DNA from: Nemertoderma westbladi
Lineage: Eukaryota; Animalia; Xenacoelomorpha
Length of the DNA stretch: 57,145 nucleotides
NCBI GenBank assembly: GCA_032718475.1
Contig: JAUCBJ010002463.1
Coordinates: 1-57,145, forward strand
Direction: 5' to 3'
Position 1 is the stretch's first letter. Each line of letters opens with the position of its first letter. Of this stretch, positions 1-11,311 are shown one piece after another. The notes beneath the pieces are model-generated. The model was not told the DNA's origin and searched no databases. It was given only the letters and a program-made list of their open reading frames with translations. Both the position numbers and the translations under genes were made by a program.

Positions 1-353
1 TAATCCCTACATGTGTCAGTTGCGATCCTCCTTATATATGATCAAATTCAGTGACGGTCGGCAGATCAGTGCGCAGTAGTGTGAACTAGTGTGAAGTCGT
101 GTGAAGTCGTGTGAAGGTTAATAAAGCATCTCCTAAAGAATGCGCCTTTTACGAAACTCAGTAGCCATCCAGTTGTGATTATTATAAGTCATAACTCTGT
201 TTTGATACTTAAAGCGCCACGTCCTAAAGGAACTGTTAATATTTCCCCGAAAGTAAATATATTGTCAGAGATTATATATTAACGATCAATCGAATAATAC
301 AGTAGGTCTACACTGCAATCACTATCAAAGCATCCGAATCCAGTCTCCCTTAA

Positions 354-662
354 CTGTGGGTGAATGGTCGCGCACAGGCTGGCTTCGGCTGATGTACCTT
401 CAGTACATCAAATAATTGATATACAAAAAGACACCTAAAATTGGCAGGTTAAACTGCTAAAGGTCTAAAAGCGCGAACATTAATATTAGTATGCTCGCGC
501 ATACTTGCGTACTACTCGCATACATACTATACTTAATGTTCGCGCTTTTAGACCTTTAGCAGTTTAACCTGCCAATTTTAGGTGTCTTTTTGTGTATCAA
601 TTATTTAATGTACTGAAGGTACATCAGCCGAAGCCAGCCTGTGCGCGACCATTCACCCACAG
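354..662. mobile_element. Palindromic MITE with ~130-bp inverted arms and TAA target duplication (PIF/Harbinger-type TSD)
   Basis: CTGTGGGTGAATGGTCGCGCACAGG... at 354 is mirrored by ...CCTGTGCGCGACCATTCACCCACAG ending at 662; TAA at 351-353 and 663-665. Confidence 0.85.
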
Positions 663-667
663 TAACA

Positions 668-1078
668 TTAGTATGCTTAGAAAGTCTGCTTACTGGGCGG
701 AAAAGCCAACCAACCACCAAGGTTAAGGCTGATTCACCAGCCGATCGCCTCAATGGTTGGAAAGCCCACTTTGAAAAGCTCCTCAATAATGACAGGGTAT
801 TGCCTGATAACTTTATAGAAGTAAAAGTGTCTGAGTCTGTACTCCCAGACATTCCCATTGGCGATATCTCCTTTGCAGAAGTGAAGGCTGCTGCAAAGAG
901 CATTAATACCAATCGTGCCAGTGGAGTAGATGGTGTTCCCCCTGAGGTCTTTAAAATACCTGAGTGTTTAAAGCTCATCTATCCCATCATAGTAGACATG
1001 TACCGAACAACAAGAGTCCCACAAGAAATGAAAACAAATAAGTTGGTGCCAGTTCCCAAGAAGGGCAATCTAACCTAG
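668..1078 (+). pseudogene. Non-LTR retrotransposon (RTE-like LINE) ORF fragment, region just before the RT domain
   Basis: Translation WKAHFEKLLN...ISFAEVKAAAKSINTNRASGVDGVPPEVFK...LVPVPKKGNL matches typical LINE pre-RT motifs; truncated on both sides by small elements. Confidence 0.85.
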
Positions 1079-1232
1079 TGTTGAGAACTGTAACTGTAAT
1101 TATACTGTAACTGCAACTGTAACTGAATGGTTTTGATGATTCTTTTGATACTGTAACTATAACTGTAACTGTAATTGCGAATTTTGAATACTGTAACTGA
1201 AATGACTAAAAATCGATTCAGTTCTCAACCAC
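1076..1232. mobile_element. Small inverted-repeat element filled with (ACTGTA)n-like repeats
   Basis: GTTGAGAACTG (1080-1090) and CAGTTCTCAAC (1219-1229) are inverted repeats; internal actgta units; it truncates the LINE fragment. Confidence 0.55.
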
Positions 1233-1310
1233 ACAATTAACATGAATGGGCATTTGAAACAGAGTCGATATGAGTATCATTTTTAAAACATTGTATTTTT
1301 ATTTATTTCT

Positions 1311-1578
1311 ACTGTAGCAGGCAATACCCGAGGCATGTTACCCGGTATTTCCCACTACCGGCATAGGCCTACTGGCGTACTGGTACCGGTATAGGCCTAC
1401 TGACGTACCGGTACCCAGTACCGGTACCGAACGTGAATTAAACTTTTCGAAAAGTGGCCTATAACGACCGCTGGTTAAAGTTATACACACATGCCAAGTT
1501 CCAGCGCAATCCCTCTGCCCGTTTTGGAGGAGTTCGAACACACAGAGAGAGAGAGAATTTGATTTTTATAGGTATAGA
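1311..1578 (-). mobile_element. Non-autonomous Helitron-like element (Lep1-type architecture)
   Basis: Minus strand starts A|TCTATACCTATAAAAATC, then a (CT)n/(GT)n microsatellite and AACTCCTCCAAAACGG; ends CCGGGTAAC...CGGGTATTGCCTGCTACAG (degenerate CTAG-type end). This matches the known pattern of short arthropod Helitrons. Confidence 0.65.
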
Positions 1579-2550
1579 TTATAGTTTTGGACCTTGATAG
1601 TAATGGGCCACCATATTAGTCAAGTGTCCCAAAGACCCATTTCCCACTTAACTCAACTGTGTATTATTTGGCGAGTCAAGCATCGAGTAATGAACGAAGA
1701 TCTAGCATATACTGTAGTTATAATTAGTCATGTTTATCTATCTCAACTGTTAGACTATTATCAGCCTTATCAGCACTCTTTGCTTCCTAAATATCGCATA
1801 TCAAATGTAAATGTTTTAGATAACAAAAATATAGTTAATGGTAATATTAGAGGGATATATAACGGATATATATTTTACATTATGAATTATTAATGTTACT
1901 GGTACTATTAATATCACAGGGGATATCACACTAGAGGCACACTGGAAATTAAATTTTTATCAAGTTTACCGTTACAAATTGCAAAATTACAATTAAACTT
2001 AAAAAGTGAAAGGAACATCTTAACGAGGTGGGTCTAACCAAAACTACAAATATGTGCTTACTACAACAAATTTTAAATTAAGGGAAATGGGCAGGTTTCA
2101 GAAGCATGGCCTTTATAACCAAAACAATAAATGATAACTGTACAAGCACTGAAACAAAATGTACAGTAAAATGTGGGTGCCTTTAGTTGATCTTGTAACC
2201 GCCACTTTCATTACATTCAGTACTATCAGAATATTAGTTACAAATTATTACCATAGATGGGGTCCATCTTTCCTACAACAACTAACCTATACCGCTCAGG
2301 CAGTCAGGCTCTATAAAGAGGTGTAGTGTAGGGGGCAAGGAAATCAGAGGGGTAACACATACTTCTGCACTATACTGGCTAACGGTATTTTTTACATTCT
2401 TTATTGCTAGTACCGGTAGCCTGATAGCAGGAGGGAGGTTGCAGGAGTGCAGTAGGCCTACTGGGTACCTGTGAGTAATACGTGATACCGGTACCTGTGA
2501 TTAATTACGAACTGAACCATATTATATCTAACACGTAACGGAAAGAATCG

Positions 2551-2722
2551 AAACTCAGTGAGGAAAGTCGGGCTATGTATCTAAAGCTGAGTTTAACAGA
2601 TGCAGCACATGATGTGGTATGTCAATTGGAAGACGCAAATAAACAGGATTATAATCTGATCAAGCGACGACTGATCGAGGCTTTTGCGGATACACCATAT
2701 GCAGCCTATGAAATATGGATAC
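2551..2722 (+). pseudogene. Gypsy-like gag remnant, 5' half (insertion target of element 1)
   Basis: Manual translation KLSEESRAMYLKLSLTDAAHDVVCQLEDANKQDYNLIKRRLIEAFADTPYAAYE resembles retrotransposon capsid helices; it continues after 23347. Confidence 0.65.
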
Positions 2723-4647
2723 TATAGAATTATATTCCCTAAATGCCGTGGATTTTCAAAATTTTATTTTATTCGGATTAACTTTGTAAAGATTGCTTTG
2801 AGTTCTCATTCGTATTGGTTCTATCATTTGTACATCTATCGGTCAAGTGGTTCAGTAGCTCAGTCGGTAGAGCGTTGGAAATTATATGTATAGTAGATAT
2901 TGAGTTCGAATCCTAGTGAGTGCGAATTATTTTTTGTACAGAATTTCAACTCATTTAAATTAACCGCTACAAATTAATTGCATTTGTCTGTACCAATGAG
3001 ACTGTAGTTATTTGATTGTAACCAATGTCGTGCAAGTTATATATTAGCTGGACCAATAGCTATCTTTAAAACCTTGTTAGAATCTATAGAACAATCGAGA
3101 ATTTTCTCGATTGATTGCGGCACAAATTTAGTATATAAAGGTGCGATTTCGTTCATTAGTACACTTACACAAACTTCTTATACAATCTATATCTTATATC
3201 TCAATCTTTCTCAGATTATCTTATCAATATTCTGTCGTGCTTAGTTTAATTCAGATTACATTGTATTATAATTATATCTTCTGTAATAAAGTCAGAATAT
3301 TCTCTCAGCTTTTCTATCTGTTTTATCATGGATTCACTACGGTGAACAAACTTAGGGACAGGATGGCCGGCTAGAGATCGGGCCGCAGCAATGAACGGGA
3401 ACATCACGGGAATGTAGACGAGAGACAACCCGCAATACCATCTAGAGTTATTCGCCCATCGCCTGAAAGGTTAGACAGCGTTCGATCCTTGCTACCTAAG
3501 TGTAAGACAAAAAGATCAAAGGGTAGACGTAGTGACACGCTGTAAGCCTAAAATTACATCATAGGGACTGTACTGTCTTGATTCAGGAAAAACCGCAGTA
3601 GACCTTCATATTCCTACGGGGGGAGGGAGAGAGAGCAGAGATACTAGTACGCAGATAGGACGTAGGCACACCGGTACAAGGCATACACATTGGTTAGGGT
3701 GCAGCAAACTGTACGCTTAACTCTTGCTAAGTACAGGTGCGTCTGTGACTATTTGCCGTGCAACAGTGTCCATTTGCATTAGAACTTGTAGGCTAGGGGG
3801 GTTGCTGTGTTTTCACCTGAATTGGGATTGTACCGTTCAGGCGGTAGGGCAGTTTACGTACTAGGCGCAAATAAATTGAGGCTATCAGAGATATACTAAC
3901 ATCTACCGTGTCCCCGCCAACGCCCTAATAGGAAGTTACCCGGACTACCTGGGTGACTAAAATTCTAGATAGGAGCCAGGATAGCTATTAGTACCCGTAC
4001 GCCTACAGTAGTAAACTAACACATCTCTTCTTAGTATCAGGGACCTGGTACCTAAAATTGCCGAATTCTGGGCGTAGTATTAACCTTATGCCTGAATTTG
4101 AGTCCTGGAAATACGCAAGAGGGGAAGGAACCTTATCATTCGTGAGTATTGGACCTACAAGTTACAAAATTAGAATATTCGTAAAATGCACACCGTACCC
4201 AGTAATTATATATGTGAAGGAGCAAAACTGCTTTGACCGTTCAGAATTAACACACGCGCATTAGAAATTATTTACACCTCAAAATATATAAAATTAACTT
4301 TCGTCCTTACTGCACTTTGCTCGCTAGTTAGACATCTCCAAATCTCTGCCTCTGTACCTAGCTAGCGTCCCTTTGCCCAACCATATAAATCACACCGCGG
4401 CAAAGTATACGAGCCTCTTAGTCCGTCAGTGAGTCAGCCTGATTTTAGGATTCGCTGCGCGGGATTTTGTTTTATCAAAGTTTGTCTGCTCGTAGACTGT
4501 TTTCTGCCTCACCGGTTATAAGAGATCGATACTGCAATATATTCGCTTACTTAGAGTTTACTGTTTTGGTGAGAAGGTCGGATTTATGATTTGATTCACA
4601 AACTTTACAGTAGGATATTGCAGGTATTGTTGCTGTCTCTTCAATTA
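2723..4647 (+). repeat. 5' LTR of element 1 (1925 bp, TATAG...AATTA)
   Basis: Direct repeat of 18693-18832 plus 21564-23347 with roughly six substitutions and one short indel by eye; TATA-like GTATATAAAG near 3131; AATAAA near 3285 and 3870. Confidence 0.95.
2850..2935 (+). promoter_or_regulatory. tRNA-like RNA polymerase III cassette inside the LTR
   Basis: A box TAGCTCAGTCGG 2856-2867, B box GAGTTCGAATCC 2902-2913, T6 run 2930-2935; no intact anticodon or acceptor stem. Confidence 0.75.
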
Positions 4648-4676
4648 GTAGGAATATGTTTTACTGAACTACGGTT
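4648..4676 (+). promoter_or_regulatory. Primer-binding-site position of element 1: not tRNA-like, complementary to LTR 3591-3617
   Basis: GTAGGAATATG (4648-4658) is the exact reverse complement of CATATTCCTAC (3607-3617); no TGG follows the LTR. Confidence 0.65.
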
Positions 4677-5463
4677 CGGTAGGACTAAAGTTATTTGAAA
4701 ATTTTGTATTTTGAGGTAAAAATTTATATTTGATTAGCTAAGTGCTAATTTTTTTTTTTTGAAATAAAATTTGATTTGAACCGCGTGTAAAATATTTTTG
4801 GAATTGAATACCGGTGTTTAAAAGGGTTTAAATACCATATTGTACCGGTACAAAATTTTTCGTAAAGTAAAACCTAACTCTTTTGTTTTTTCAGGATTCA
4901 GAACTCATTTCTAGACTGTAACGGGAGCAAGACCGTGTTTAGCAAGTTTGGGAGATAGATAACTCAACAACTTTGGTTGGGAAAATCGCGTTTCGTCCGC
5001 AACGCTAAAAACGGAAAGGTTCATGTCCGGTTTGTATCTGGGAATCTGTTTTTCTGGAGAATTATTGGAGTGGGTGAGTTCGAAAAGTTGCATAAATAAG
5101 TTAGGCATTACCGTATTAGTTAAAATTATTGTGGGTTCCACTGTCTCAAGTATTTATGCATTCCGTATGATTTCTTTGTTCATTGCTGAATTAGTTCGTA
5201 TTATTGTATTTAATTTACCTTTTGATAACGCATATCGTTATCCGATTTATTTGTTATAAAATTGGCCGCTAGGCTAATTTTATTATATACTTATTCCGTG
5301 ACATTTATTTGCTGTAAAATTGGCCGTTTAGGCTAATTTTATCCATCTGCTATAAAATCGGCCGGTAGGCTAATTTTATAAGACTGTAATTAGTACCGTT
5401 TAGATACTAATACGGTAAACTCGATACTTTGACACTCACTTTACTTGACTTACAACTACCGAA

Positions 5464-8400
5464 ATGAGTGACAAACAAGACTATACAAAGAATACACAAA
5501 CCGACTATGACTCATGCGACGGAGATAAGTCAGCAGCGGAAGAACAACAGGGGAAGACTCGCGAGCCTACCGAACCTACACCGTGTGCGTCACCAGTACA
5601 TCCAACGGGAGTACCGGATGCCGTAGTACGAGGCGACGGCAGGACCGAGGACTTTCTAACTGTTCCGCAACCTAGATATAGGGAATCGGACATGGTAAGT
5701 TCAGTAGGAAGTCAGGAAAGCGTTGTTAGGAGCGTCGGTGGTTACATGGCGCATATTACCAGGAGTATTGGAGAAGGTCATCGCATATTAGACGAGTTGA
5801 CCGCTCCGATGTCTCGATTCGAGTTCTACACCCTCCAGGTTAGAGTACAAAGTAGAGTACACAAGTCCGTAGATAACCTAATTGGTCTACAAGATCTAGC
5901 TAGACAGAGACAGGACATGGATACTCAACTTAGAATCCTCGAGAAACTAATGATCGCTAGAGAGAAACTGATTCAGTTTAAGTCGACGATTAGACAGATA
6001 CAACAGGAACAAGCGGACCAGTTGTTAGGTGAGTCAGTTTCGGACGAATTATTACAGCCCGAGGAAGAACAGGAATTGTACCGATTGGATGGACAATTGA
6101 AACATCTGACGGACCACTTACGTATGTGCGGCGAAGACGTCAGCGATTCGGAAACCGTGCCGGAATATACGAGAGAAACTTCACCCGTACGAATCAAATC
6201 GGCACCGGGAATACTGGACCAATCGTTAGTGAGTATTCGCAGCGAAATTGGCGAGATAAGTATAGTGACGTCAGAAATTTCCAGACAGCAACAACAGCAC
6301 GACAGACAACAACGAGAAGCGGAGGAACAAGCACAACTGTTGACGGCACAAGCAGCGATGCAAGAAGAGAAACTACGCGTTGCGAATGTTGCAAGAATCT
6401 CTCATCTGCAAGAACAAGCCGAGTTGGAAGCAGCTGAGATGGAAAGGTTGGAGCTAGAAATAGCACAGCGAACAGCGACAGCTGAGTTAGCGCAACAAGC
6501 GGCAGCAGCTGAGTTAGAACGACAAGCAGCAGCAGCGGAGTCGGAGCGACGAGCAGCAGCAGCGGAACTAGAGCGACGAGCAGCGGAGTTGGAAGAACAC
6601 AAGCGAGTTTCGGAAGCAAGAGCTGAAATGAAAAAACGGCAAATAAAGGCTCAATCAGCGATAAGACAAGCGGAGCTCGAGGCGCAACAACAACAGACGG
6701 AACAACGCGAGAAGGAAGTTAAACTTCATTTCGAACTCGGAAAGAAGGCGAGAGAATTAGCCAACGCGAAGGAAGATCTGGATCTACAAGCCCGCGATTG
6801 ATCGATGAGATCTCGAGATGGACACGATCTAGACCAGTTAGAGGTAAGGCACCGCCAAATCCAGGAACGAATGAAGGAAGGTTCGGTAGGGGCACCTGGA
6901 CGAGAAAGACAATTAGTTAAGGACTTATGTCAAAGATTCCCTCAGGTAACTCCTATGTTTGCACCGGTTACGACAAAGGAACCTGTTTCGATTGCTGGTA
7001 GTAGTGATATCTCTCCTATCCATGGTGTGACGGAACACAGGTTTGTTATTCCGGACAAGTTTACACCGCCAAGAGCAACGTCGTCGCCTATTCCGAAAGT
7101 CAAGGTAAGTAACCCGCCGATTACAGATCGTAGTAGTTTGTTGACTGGACCTGCACTACTGACGACTAAACAGGTGAGTCCACCGTCGACACCTAAACCT
7201 GTTACGCACTACGCTTACCCAATGACGTTTAGGCCAACAAGGCCAGTTGTTTCAAATGCTGTTATTCGCCCACCGGTTCAGTTTACATCGCAATCTACGA
7301 CTTCGAGGAAGACTTGTGAGCCTACCGAACAACGGAGACCAGTGGATACGCGACCGTTCAATCAGTTTGCATCGCAATCTACGACTTCGAGGAAGACTTG
7401 TGAGCCTACCGAACAACGGAGAACAGTGACGCGACCGTTCAACCAATTTACATCGCAATCTACGACTTCGAGGAAGACTTGTGAGCCTACCGAACAACGG
7501 AGACCAGTGGACGATGTTCCAAAGCGAAACGTTAGAATTCGAACGACGCAACGGACGCGAGCACGTCGACCACCATATCCAGATGATAGTAGTACTTCGA
7601 GCGAATCGGATTACCCGAAACGCGAGGTATTTAGAACAGGGGCGGCCGATGAATACAAACGCGAGCGTTCAGACAACTCCTTTGCAGACAATCCTCCACA
7701 GAATACACCAACACAGAAGGCGTTACAACCAACGGACGCAATTAGTACACAACAGTTCGCCGACATTCTGCGACCAGTTGTCAATAAGTTGGCTCAGATC
7801 GAGGAACGTCTGGAGGAAGGTTACACCGACAGTTCGAGAAATTCCGAATTCGAACACAATAGACACCCGAAGGAACCACAAACCTTCAAACCCCACATCG
7901 TATCAGGGAAAAGCGCCAAGAAGGGATATCAACAAGGTTACCAACCAAGGACGCGAAACTCTGAACGTTGCCGAGGAGATAGCGAAATTCGCAGCCAGAC
8001 AGGGATTGCCGGTACAACAACCACCGAAGTTTTCCGGTAGCTCAAAACACTGGCATACTTTCGTAGACTATATCGAATCCCAGATCGCCGTGTGCGCCTT
8101 TACATCACGGGAGAAGTTTAATTACCTGCTTCAAACGTTGTCAGGAGAACCTAAACGTTTGGCGGAGACTTTCGTCGGTGTACCGGACGCTTTCGAACTA
8201 GCGTACGATCGTTTAACTTCGATATACGGAGGTACAGTTAGTATGGCCAGGTCAGTAATAGAGGAACTCTGTAAGGGAGGGGCTATCACTAAACCCGTCG
8301 ACTTATTAAAACTAGCTGACGAGATCAAGAATGCTATCACTACCTTAAGATCCATTGGACAACTTGATTACGGGAATACCCCTACAGTCCTATTAAAGAT

Positions 8401-10095
8401 CATAGGACGACTCCACCATCGACTTCGTCGGGAGTGGAGGAAGGTCGAATACCAGCGAGAAGAGCGGGGAGGATTCTTAAAATTAGAAGATGTGTACCTT
8501 TTAATATCCAGGGAGGCAGTAGTAGAAACTAGATCTAACTACACCGACCAGCACATCGTGGCAGAAGGAATCACATTGCCATCCTCCAACCGACAAAAAC
8601 CCCAGACAACATCCACTAAGACGGCCACTTACGCCACACCGACGGAATCACGACAATTCTCGGACGGTAGTAGGGTATCTGCGCCCATTGGGACCAAACA
8701 AACAGACAACAACTCGGTACCGACTTCAGCGGCTGCCAATACTGCGAGCATTTAGGCAAGCGGTATATCGGTCACAAGTTGAGGGGTTGTCGACAATTTA
8801 GCGAGTTGAACTCAGAAGAACGACGGCTGCAAATACGGCCATTGGACTCTTGTTGGCGGTGTACGCGACACGGACACGTCCGTAAAGATTGCCCAAATAC
8901 CGACACTTGTCCATCCTGTGGACGCAACCATGACGGTCTGCTCCACACAGACAGCCACACGCCGACGAAACGCTTCGCCAGGGAACACCCGGAAGCAGCA
9001 GCGAGATGTGATGCGGCCTACCGAAAACGAGAATCGAAAACAACTCCAACCTTCGTGACCCATATTGAGGATTGCTTCTCAGAACAATCCGGATCGTCGG
9101 ACGAAGAGTTAGAAGACGACGACGAATATTCCAATGGAGACGAACAACCGTCGATCGCGCTTCTGACTACTGACCAACTGAAGGGATTCAGTGTAATTCC
9201 GATTAAGGTTACTGGCACAAAGGGGAGTAAAAGAATCTACGCTATTCTAGATTCAGCCTCATCTCATAGCTACGTGGATGAAAAGATAGCTGACGTAGTG
9301 ACGGATCTTAAACAAGGTAAGCGCGTCAGTTATACCGTAAGTAGTATGCACGGACAGCGTGCAATACCAGTGACACGAGTTAAGTTGGACTTAGACTCTC
9401 TTCTTCCAAAATCGCAGCACAGCGTGAGGGAGAGGTCTTTGTTGCCCTTTAAAGATCTAACCTTTGCGGCTACGAAGGACTTTAGTAACCTACTAGGTCC
9501 AGTGCCGGAACAATCTCTAGAGGACCGTAAGTATTTCAGACACCTTGGTGTACCTGAATGTCCTGTCAATTATAGATCGGTAGCAATGCTGATCGGGACA
9601 GACCAATTCAACCTACATCAGGTGTGGGAAACCAGACCATCGGCAGTTGTAGCGGGAAACGCATACGCCTGCAGAACGCCGATAGGGTGGTATACTCGAG
9701 CGCCTGTGCGCACACTAGACGTAAGTGACGAGGAAGACGATGTACAGAGTACATGTAGTTTATTAACTACAAATTCAATTCATTCCTTTTCACACGACGT
9801 GAACCATACTACACTACAGTCGACAAAACATGACAGACGTGTAACTAGTATGATAAGTCACAAGGAGCAGCTAACCCACCAGCGGAGTTTAGAACTTGGG
9901 GAGAAGACGAGTCAGCTAGAGATTCCATCGACGACAGATGATAGGCTTGCGAGTCTACCTACCCCAACAACTTCAACAATGCCCGTCGAGATCGACGATG
10001 ACGCGTTGAGAAATCATCAGTTGGAACAAGCTGTACTAGACAAAGAATTAACGGAGAAGACTATCAGGTGGTTAGAACAAGATACAGCTGAACCT
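5464..10095 (+). pseudogene. gag: BEL/Pao gag-protease region (one in-frame TGA and two compensating frameshifts)
   Basis: Coiled-coil N-terminus; BEL capsid-like PPKFSGSSKHWHTF...EKFNYLLQTLSGEP (in the 7481 frame); CCHC cluster CQYC...H...C, CWRC...H...C, CPSC...H...LH; aspartic protease ILDSAS; TGA at 6799-6801. Confidence 0.92.
7279..7512 (+). repeat. Three tandem ~81-84-bp in-frame repeats in gag
   Basis: QFTSQSTTSRKTCEPTEQRR(P)V repeated three times in DNA and protein. Confidence 0.95.
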
Positions 10096-11311
10096 GGTAC
10101 CTAAAGAGGTGAGGTCTCTATAGGGGTGCCAGGAACAGGCGGCGGCGGACTCGTGAGGGTCTGGGGACACGTTAAATTGCTGTATAAGTGCAAGGGAGAT
10201 ACTGAAGGCCCTCGTGTCTAATGAACCATGAATCGACATGGTGCCGTGGTACCGTCTAGTCGGCCTGTTGCCGTACTGCCAGTCCTGTACACAGTAGGGG
10301 TGGTGGCATGGCGTGATTTGTGGCTCATGTGGCGTGAACTATGTTTTGTATGTGGGCGATCAGTGGCAGTTTGCTTGGGGCTTGGATGGTTCCATTGACC
10401 GTCAGCTGTTCCGTTTTTTTGATACTATATGTTATTGTCTCCATGTTCAGCTGATTGGTCTTTGGTGGCATTGGAATAAACCGTCGGGTCTTGAGCTTTC
10501 TGTTGCTGTGGGTACGTGAGTACACGTGATTGTATGTGTGGCCACTGCGAGTGGGTATGGGAACCCTTGCCAGTTGGACAAGACGCCGCTGGTATTAGTA
10601 GGACCATACTTTACTGCACCCCAGCATACTTTGTGCACACAAAGTTATTTTACCCTGTCGGTAAAATAAGGTACTCTCGACTCTTTTGTCGTGATTCAGT
10701 CGATACAATTTTGTCCCCTCTGATTTTGTCTTTCCCGATTTTGACCCCGATTTTGTCTTACCCGAATATGTCCTCTGTGTGTGCATGGTATGTGTCAGAT
10801 TTTGTGATTACCGTAGTGTACTTGATTTCGTGAACATCTGTTGAGTACACGTGTACAGGACGGGTAAGTGGTTACTTGTTCCTAGCTTTCGAGCTAGTCA
10901 GTATTGTTGAGGAACGGTGTCCCCTCAATACTGCCGGCGAGGCAGGTGAAAACGTGTCAATATTCCATGTTGGGTAGCGCAAGCCCGCTTGGGACAAGAC
11001 CGTCGGTTAGGCCCAAGGGCGACCTTGGTGCTCGATCGCTATCGACTGGTCCACCTGCCGGTTGACTCTTTGTTATACTTTGAGTTGGCTCAATGTACAG
11101 TCAGGCCACAGTAAGTTGACAGTAGCCGCCCATCTGGCTACACGTTCGACGAGCTGTGCCGGTGTGATCGGGGGACCGAAAACAGAACCCGGGAAGCATC
11201 GGGCCACCCTGCGGCCTGGTTTGGTTTGTCACCGGCCCCCAGGGTGGTGGAAAGGTGTCCGCCTCGTGGGTGCGCCTCGGGGAGGAGCCCAGAAGGACAC
11301 AAGTGAGCTAC
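10096..11311 (+). mobile_element. Unclassified 1216-bp structured insertion in pol with a 6-bp duplication GAACCT
   Basis: GAACCT at 10090-10095 and 11312-11317; removing the insert restores WLEQDTAEPCMSEQEKQSLKIMEDT in frame; no TIR, poly(A) tail or TG..CA ends. Confidence 0.88.

Noticed and set aside
1940-2400. Possible additional LTR upstream of the gypsy-like gag remnant
   Set aside because: No second copy, clear termini or PBS could be established.
2850-2925. Functional tRNA gene
   Set aside because: A and B boxes are present but the acceptor and anticodon stems do not pair; it is part of an LTR.
6799-8760. Programmed readthrough or frameshifting in element 1 gag
   Set aside because: The TGA looks like a CGA-to-TGA change, the two frameshifts compensate each other and I saw no clear slippery site; mutation or assembly error is more likely.
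10217-10250. Hammerhead ribozyme (CTAATGA followed by a stem)
   Set aside because: The core deviates from CUGANGA and no GAAA follows the stem.
10096-11311. Group I or group II intron
   Set aside because: No GUGYG start or domain V, no terminal G or recognisable P7 motifs, and a target duplication is present.
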